Assembly (NCBI GenBank): GCA_029219585.1
Contig: JAQXTR010000083.1
Location: 28,978 to 92,977 of the forward strand
Direction of reading: 5' to 3'
From: Clostridiales bacterium
GTDB taxonomy: Bacteria > Bacillota > Clostridia > UBA1381
DNA: 64,000 nt
The notes under the pieces were generated by a model that made no database searches, was not told the DNA's origin, and worked only from the letters and a program-made list of their open reading frames with translations. Position numbers and translations under genes: made by a program. Of this stretch, positions 58,271-64,000 are shown piece after piece (the first letter of the stretch is position 1; each line of letters starts with the position of its first letter).

Positions 58271-58299
58271 TTGACAATGTAATATTTATAGTGTATAAT
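58271..58299 (+). promoter_or_regulatory. promoter of the G5/3D wall protein gene
   Basis: TTGACA-17 nt-TATAAT. Confidence 0.7.
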
Positions 58300-58330
58300 A
58301 AGCGTGTTGCATAACGAAAGGAGTTTTATT

Positions 58331-59470
58331 ATGGAAACAATGGAAATGTACGCGCAGCATAGACTGGACACGCTTAAACGCAGGAGAGAACAGAAACGCA
58401 GACAGAAAATCAGACACAGAGTATGCGCTGTTATTACTCTCATTGCCGTTTGCACGGCTTCTGCAGGTACTATATATACCGTCTCGGCTAAGGATATTAC
58501 CATAACAGAAATAAATGAGTTTGAAGGCACCGCCAATTCAATAATGGTAAGGACAAGAGCCTCCGAGGTTATTGATGTTCTTAATGAACAGGGTATTGAA
58601 GTTACAGATACGGACAAGCTCAATGTTCCGTCCGATGCAAAGCCGGATGATAACAGCGAGATTGTGCTCAGACGCGGAAAGGAAATAAAGGTAGTTACAT
58701 CAAATAACGAGGAAACAGTTGTCGTAACAAGCGCCGATACCGATCAGGCTCTCCGCGAGGCGGGTTACATAACATCGGACACGGATGAAATAACGCTTGA
58801 CGGAGGCAGTATTGCATCAAGCGACACGGTTGAAATAAAATCAATAAGCATTACATACGAATCTGAAGAGGAAGAAATTCCGTTTGAAACCATCTATCAG
58901 GATGATTCGGCTTCATACAAAGGCACGGAAACAGTAGTCACAGACGGAGCAAACGGCATAAAGCTCAAAACCTACAAGGTTCTTACATATGATAACGGAG
59001 AACAAAAGGAGCGTACTCTTGAAAGTGAAACGATCGTTTCAGAGCCGACAAGTAAAGTAGTCAAGAGAGGAACAAAGGATAAGCCGGCACCAACCGATTC
59101 GGGTTCATCTTCAGCGGCTGCACCAGCGCAGGATACCGGCAGCACCATTGCAGGACACCGGTATTCAAAGAAAATCATAATGCAGGGAACCGCATATACG
59201 GATTCACCGGCAGAAAACGGCGGATATAGCTGTACGGCTCTGGGTACTGCACTCCGAAAAGGCGTTGTAGCTGTTGACCCGAGCGTCATTCCGCTCCGCT
59301 CAAAGCTATACATTGTAAGCGCGGACGGTAAATATGTATACGGTGAAGCATCGGCAGAGGATACCGGCGGAGCAATAAAGGGTAACAGAATTGACCTCTG
59401 CTATCCGTCATATTCCGACTGTACCAATTTCGGCAGACGTGATGTAATCGTCTATATACTCAGCGACTGA
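58331..59470 (+). CDS. DUF348/G5/3D-domain cell-wall protein (YabE / RpfB-like)
   Basis: One TM helix, DUF348-like repeats, G5 (TYKVLTYDNGEQKERTLESETIVSEPTSKVVKRGTK). C-terminal 3D domain (GTAYT...VAVDPSVIPL...YGEASAEDTGGAIKGNRIDL). Start reset to ATG 58331 behind AGGAG. Confidence 0.85.
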   Translation: METMEMYAQHRLDTLKRRREQKRRQKIRHRVCAVITLIAVCTASAGTIYTVSAKDITITEINEFEGTANSIMVRTRASEVIDVLNEQGIEVTDTDKLNVPSDAKPDDNSEIVLRRGKEIKVVTSNNEETVVVTSADTDQALREAGYITSDTDEITLDGGSIASSDTVEIKSISITYESEEEEIPFETIYQDDSASYKGTETVVTDGANGIKLKTYKVLTYDNGEQKERTLESETIVSEPTSKVVKRGTKDKPAPTDSGSSSAAAPAQDTGSTIAGHRYSKKIIMQGTAYTDSPAENGGYSCTALGTALRKGVVAVDPSVIPLRSKLYIVSADGKYVYGEASAEDTGGAIKGNRIDLCYPSYSDCTNFGRRDVIVYILSD

Positions 59471-59519
59471 TTGTCGTGAAATAATACTGCAAAAATTTAC
59501 GCGATTTTTAAAAAAGCTA

Positions 59520-59548
59520 TTGACAACACAATAAAATTGTAATATAAT
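59520..59548 (+). promoter_or_regulatory. promoter of the ileS leader
   Basis: TTGACA-17 nt-TATAAT. Confidence 0.75.
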
Positions 59549-59554
59549 AGTCGC

Positions 59555-59815
59555 GAAAAACAATTAAAAGCGCAGACGAAGACAGTAGGCGGGTATGAAA
59601 GCGCATAGCGAGCCGGTGACGGTGCAAGACCGGACGCAAGTAGAACCAGCTGAAAATCACTTCCGAGCTGCAAGGCTGAACACGTTACGCAATTAAGCCG
59701 CGCCGGGATCTCCGCCGTTACGGGAGCGCGTATGATGGTACGCAGATTAAACAAGTGGTATAACAAAGCATTTTAAAGCCTTGTCTTGGTTAATCAGGAC
59801 AAGGCTTATTTTTTA
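59555..59815 (+). promoter_or_regulatory. T-box riboswitch leader, Ile specifier (AUC)
   Basis: Stem I with GA/K-turn, AGUA, AG bulge and a GGUGCAAG distal loop. Specifier loop GAAA-AUC-A at 59656-59658. T-box sequence aaacaaGTGGTAtaAC at 59749-59768. Terminator aagccttgtc...gacaaggctt plus a U-run at 59776-59814. Confidence 0.88.
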
Positions 59816-59831
59816 CAGGAGGGAAAGACCA

Positions 59832-62800
59832 ATGAGCACTTATCAGAAGGTTGACGCCAATCTCAATTTCGTTGAGCGAGAAAAGAAGATTGAGCAGTTC
59901 TGGAAGGATCACAGCATCTTTAAAAAGAGTATTGACACAAAGGCACAAGGACCCGTTTACACATTCTATGACGGTCCTCCGACCGCCAACGGCAAGCCGC
60001 ATATCGGCCATGTACTTACAAGAGTTATAAAAGATATGATTCCGCGCTACCATACAATGAAGGGCGCAAAGATCATAAGAAAGGCCGGTTGGGACACTCA
60101 CGGACTCCCGGTTGAGCTTGAGGTTGAGAAGAAGCTCGGTATTAACGGCAAGGAGCAGATTGAGGAATACGGGCTTGAACCGTTTATTCATGAGTGTAAG
60201 GAGAGCGTATGGAAATATAAGGGTATGTGGGAGGACTTCTCCTCCACTGTCGGCTTCTGGGCCGATATGGATAACCCGTATATCACCTATGACAATAACT
60301 TTATAGAGTCTGAATGGTGGGCATTAAAACAGATATGGGAAAAGGGACTCCTTTACAAGGGGCACAAGATTGTACCGTACTGCCCGCGCTGCGGAACCCC
60401 GCTATCATCGCATGAGGTTGCTCAGGGCTATAAGGATGTTAAGGAGCGTTCTGCAACCGCTAAATTTGCGGTCGTCGGAGAGGAAAATACCTACTTCCTT
60501 GCATGGACAACAACTCCGTGGACACTTCCGTCAAATGTCGCGCTATGCGTAAATCCGGATGAAACATATGTAAAAATCAAGGTTAATGATGAATATTACA
60601 TTCTCGCCGAGGCGCTTGTTGAGTCAAACTTCAAGGATGCCGAGACAGAAGTAACGGAAACATATATCGGTAAAGACCTTGAAGGCAAGAAATATACAGG
60701 TCTTTATGAGCAGGAGAGCATTAAAGAAAAAGCATACTATATAACATGTGACAGCTATGTAACACTTACAGACGGTACAGGTATCGTTCATATCGCTCCG
60801 GCTTTCGGTGAGGACGACTCAAAGGTCGGCACCAAGTATGATCTGCCGTTCTTACAGCTTGTTGACGGTAAGGGCTGCCTTACAGAGGAAACAAAGTGGC
60901 CCGGCGTATTCTGCAAGGATGCGGATAAGTTCGTACTGCAGGATCTGGACGAAAGAGGACTTCTCTTTAACGCGCCGAAGTTTGAGCACAGCTATCCGTT
61001 CTGCTGGCGCTGCGATACGCCGCTTATCTACTATGCGCGCGACACGTGGTTCATCAAGATGACGGCAGTTAAGGATGACATGATTAAAAACAACAAAACC
61101 ATCAACTGGATTCCTAAAACAATCGGTGAGGGACGCTTTGGCTCATGGCTTGAAAACATTCAGGACTGGGGTATCAGCCGTAACCGTTACTGGGGTACGC
61201 CGCTTAACGTATGGGAATGCTCATGTGGAAAACGCCATGTTGTAGGCTCAATTGCAGAGCTTAAAGAAATGTCAGACAACTGTCCTGACGACATAGAGCT
61301 TCACCGCCCGTTTGTTGACGCTGTTACAATCAAATGTCCGGACTGCGGCGGCGAAATGCACAGAGTTCCCGAGGTTATAGACTGTTGGTTTGACTCAGGC
61401 GCGATGCCTTTTGCACAGTGGCATTATCCGTTTGAGAATGAAGATATATTTAAGGAGAACTTCCCGGCAGATTTCATAAGTGAGGCAGTGGATCAGACAA
61501 GAGGCTGGTTCTATTCTCTCCTTGCAGAATCGACCATACTCTTTAATCAGGCGCCGTATAAGAATGTAATCGTTCTCGGTCTTGTTCAGGATGAAAACGG
61601 ACAGAAGATGTCAAAGTCAAAGGGCAATGCTGTAGATCCGTTTGAGGCGCTTGAAAAACACGGCGCGGACGCGGTTCGCTGGTACTTCTATTCAAACTCC
61701 GCTCCGTGGCTGCCTAACCGTTTCTATGACAAGGCGGTTACAGAAGGTCAGAGAAAGTTCATGGGCACGCTTTGGAACACATATGCGTTCTTTGTGCTCT
61801 ATGCAAATATAGACAGCTTTGACGCAACAAAGTACAAGCTTGAATATGACAAGCTTTCCGTAATGGATAAATGGATGCTCTCGCGCGTCAACTCCGCCGT
61901 TAAAGAGGTTGACAATAATCTTGCAGCCTACAAGATACCCGAAACAGCAAAGGTTCTTGACAAGCTTGTTGACGATATGTCAAACTGGTATGTGCGCCTT
62001 TCCCGTCAGCGCTTCTGGACAAAGGAAATGACTCAGGATAAGATCAACGCATACATGACGCTTTACACCTCGCTTGTAACACTGTGCAAGGCGGCTGCGC
62101 CTATGATTCCGTTCATGACCGAGGACATTTATCAGAACCTTGTCCGTTCAATCGATAAGGATGCGCCGGAGAGTATTCATCTGTGCGACTTCCCCGAAGC
62201 TGATGAGAAGCTCATCGACAAGGAGCTTGAGGACAGTATGGCGGAGGTTCTTGATATAGTTGTATTGGGACGCGCATGCAGAAACACATCGGGACTTAAG
62301 AGCCGTCAGCCGCTTAACGCAATATATGTTAAGGCAGATACGGAGCTTAAGGAGTTCTATAAGGACATTATAAAAGCAGAGTTAAACATTAAGAATGTTG
62401 AATTTGTAGATGATGTATCCCGTTTTGCATCCTACAGCTTCAAGCCGCAGCTGAGAACACTCGGCCGCCGCTTCGGCAAGAACATTAACGAGGTTCGTGA
62501 AATCCTCGCAAACATTGACGGTGCAAAGGCTATGGCTGAAATCAATGAAAAGGGTACACTCACAATTGAGGTTGCAGGAAATGCAGAGGAGCTTTCTCAG
62601 GAGGATCTTCTCATAGAAACCGTTAAATCAGACGACTATGTAACCGACCGGGACGGCGCAATCACAGTTGTGCTTGAAACAAAGCTCAATGATGAGCTTA
62701 TCGAGGAAGGCTTCGTAAGAGAGCTTGTTTCAAAGCTTCAGAATATGAGAAAGGACAGCGGCTTTGAGGTTATGGATCACATCCGTGTATACATCTCAGG

Positions 62801-62954
62801 CAATTCGAATATCAGCAGCATCTTCACCCGCAACGGTGAATATATCAGAAGTCAGGTTCTGGCAGATGAGCTTATGTTTGATGCAGACTGTGCTAATTCT
62901 AAGGAATGGAATATCAACGGCGAAAACGTAAAGCTCGGCGTTGAGAAGGTATAA
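59832..62954 (+). CDS. ileS: isoleucine--tRNA ligase, long (type 2, Thermus/eukaryote-like) form
   Basis: 1040 aa. N-terminus ...FWKDHSIFKKS...YDGPPTANGKPHIGHVLTR (HIGH) and KMSKSKGN. Start reset to ATG 59832 behind GGAGGG. Confidence 0.95.
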   Translation: MSTYQKVDANLNFVEREKKIEQFWKDHSIFKKSIDTKAQGPVYTFYDGPPTANGKPHIGHVLTRVIKDMIPRYHTMKGAKIIRKAGWDTHGLPVELEVEKKLGINGKEQIEEYGLEPFIHECKESVWKYKGMWEDFSSTVGFWADMDNPYITYDNNFIESEWWALKQIWEKGLLYKGHKIVPYCPRCGTPLSSHEVAQGYKDVKERSATAKFAVVGEENTYFLAWTTTPWTLPSNVALCVNPDETYVKIKVNDEYYILAEALVESNFKDAETEVTETYIGKDLEGKKYTGLYEQESIKEKAYYITCDSYVTLTDGTGIVHIAPAFGEDDSKVGTKYDLPFLQLVDGKGCLTEETKWPGVFCKDADKFVLQDLDERGLLFNAPKFEHSYPFCWRCDTPLIYYARDTWFIKMTAVKDDMIKNNKTINWIPKTIGEGRFGSWLENIQDWGISRNRYWGTPLNVWECSCGKRHVVGSIAELKEMSDNCPDDIELHRPFVDAVTIKCPDCGGEMHRVPEVIDCWFDSGAMPFAQWHYPFENEDIFKENFPADFISEAVDQTRGWFYSLLAESTILFNQAPYKNVIVLGLVQDENGQKMSKSKGNAVDPFEALEKHGADAVRWYFYSNSAPWLPNRFYDKAVTEGQRKFMGTLWNTYAFFVLYANIDSFDATKYKLEYDKLSVMDKWMLSRVNSAVKEVDNNLAAYKIPETAKVLDKLVDDMSNWYVRLSRQRFWTKEMTQDKINAYMTLYTSLVTLCKAAAPMIPFMTEDIYQNLVRSIDKDAPESIHLCDFPEADEKLIDKELEDSMAEVLDIVVLGRACRNTSGLKSRQPLNAIYVKADTELKEFYKDIIKAELNIKNVEFVDDVSRFASYSFKPQLRTLGRRFGKNINEVREILANIDGAKAMAEINEKGTLTIEVAGNAEELSQEDLLIETVKSDDYVTDRDGAITVVLETKLNDELIEEGFVRELVSKLQNMRKDSGFEVMDHIRVYISGNSNISSIFTRNGEYIRSQVLADELMFDADCANSKEWNINGENVKLGVEKV

Positions 62955-63018
62955 TAACTGACGGTAAATATTAAATGCGTATAACACCTATGAATCATTT
63001 GTGTTATATTAGGATGTT

Positions 63019-63159
63019 ATGAAGGAGGATACAATCGAAACTCTTTTTGAGGTTTATTCCTCATGGATAAGCGACAGCATTTCCAACTACAATTCCGACT
63101 TTTTCTATCATAGCATGGATTATATCAGGGAATGCTATTTTGCCGATGAAGTGTTGTAA
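63019..63159 (+). CDS. possible 46-aa acidic small protein (speculative)
   Basis: Own translation: MKEDTIETLFEVYSSWISDSISNYNSDFFYHSMDYIRECYFADEVL. Weak AGGA RBS. Sits between an AT-rich hairpin after ileS and a strong terminator at 63221. Confidence 0.25.
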   Translation: MKEDTIETLFEVYSSWISDSISNYNSDFFYHSMDYIRECYFADEVL

Positions 63160-63220
63160 TTTCTGTCGGTATATATTTTTTAGCATATTGCATTAAATCC
63201 TCAATATTGTTCAATATTTA

Positions 63221-63273
63221 ACAAGCCTTTTTGTGCAAATATCAGAATTTTGCCAAAAGGGCTTGTATTTTTT
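63221..63273 (+). terminator. rho-independent terminator upstream of gap
   Basis: acaagcctttt...aaaagggcttgt stem followed by attttttat. Confidence 0.75.
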
Positions 63274-63346
63274 ATAGAAATGTTGTAAAATATAAATAAG
63301 ATGTATTACATCAAAAAAATATATATTTTTTTAGGAGGAAGTTAAA

Positions 63347-64000
63347 ATGGCAGTTAAAGTTGCTATCAATGGTTTCGGTAGAATCGGACGTCTCGCTTTC
63401 AGACAGATGTTCGGTGCAGAGGGCTACGAAGTAGTTGCAATCAATGACCTTACAAGCCCGAAGATGCTTGCTCACCTTTTGAAGTATGATTCATCACAGG
63501 GTAAGTATGCATTGGCAGACAAGGTTACAGCCGGTGAAGATTCAATCACGGTTGACGGTAAGGAGATCAAAATCTATGCATTCCCGGATGCTAACAATTG
63601 TCCGTGGGGCGAGCTTGACGTTGACGTTGTTCTTGAGTGCTCAGGCTTCTATACATCAAAGGCTAAGGCTCAGGCTCATATCAATGCAGGCGCTAAGAAG
63701 GTTGTTATCTCAGCTCCGGCAGGCAACGATCTTCCGACAATCGTTTATAACGTAAACCACACAACACTTACAGCTGATGATAAGATTATTTCAGCTGCTT
63801 CATGTACAACAAACTGTCTGGCTCCGATGGCTGACGCTCTTAACAAGTATGCGCCGATCCAGTCAGGTATCATGTGCACAATTCACGCTTACACAGGCGA
63901 CCAGATGACACTTGACGGTCCGCAGAGAAAGGGTGACCTCAGAAGATCAAGAGCTGCTGCAGTTAACATCGTTCCTAACTCAACAGGCGCTGCAAAGGCA
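63347..64000 (+). CDS. gap: glyceraldehyde-3-phosphate dehydrogenase, N-terminal ~218 codons (runs off the window)
   Basis: Own translation: [19 protein letters not shown]...[12 protein letters not shown]...[21 protein letters not shown]. Absent from the track because no stop falls in the window. Confidence 0.95.
   Translation, partial: MAVKVAINGFGRIGRLAFRQMFGAEGYEVVAINDLTSPKMLAHLLKYDSSQGKYALADKVTAGEDSITVDGKEIKIYAFPDANNCPWGELDVDVVLECSGFYTSKAKAQAHINAGAKKVVISAPAGNDLPTIVYNVNHTTLTADDKIISAASCTTNCLAPMADALNKYAPIQSGIMCTIHAYTGDQMTLDGPQRKGDLRRSRAAAVNIVPNSTGAAKA

Overview
This 64-kb window looks like a moderate-GC Firmicutes (Clostridia) chromosome, probably Oscillospiraceae/Ruminococcaceae-like. That guess rests only on a CIRCE operator, a T-box leader, the sporulation genes ytfI/ytfJ, and SLH and Cu-amine-oxidase-like wall modules. 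The content is overwhelmingly core housekeeping: pta-ackA, rpsT, hemW, rsmI, fabZ, an MreB/Mbl homologue, a class A PBP, groESL, mscL, hydG, pheST, scpAB, ilvBNC, typA, cls, glmS, ileS and gap, plus two tRNAs. There are also several cell-envelope genes: two SLH proteins, GH26-like, SLT and G5/3D wall enzymes, an LtaS-like protein and a processive GT2. I saw no CRISPR array, transposase, integrase, prophage or defence-island signature, and I cannot point to a clear new multi-gene system. Six observations deserve a second look.
1. A membrane-anchored oleate-hydratase (MCRA) family protein that seems to lack the catalytic RGGREM loop, paired with a TM-less Ser/His peptidase-like gene.
2. A perfect WalR-type direct repeat upstream of the G5/3D wall gene, with a related motif at the SLT gene.
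3. A 16-bp palindrome centred near -41.5 between a Crp/Fnr regulator and a divergent ferredoxin-like gene.
4. An unannotated 46-aa Cys-rich membrane peptide.
5. An initiator-like tRNA(CAU) with atypical identity elements.
6. A recurring AATTATCCGC motif at two envelope-gene promoters.
Many ORF-track starts are upstream TTG/GTG artefacts, so I re-set starts using RBS and promoter context. Coordinates of non-ORF features may be off by 1-2 nt.
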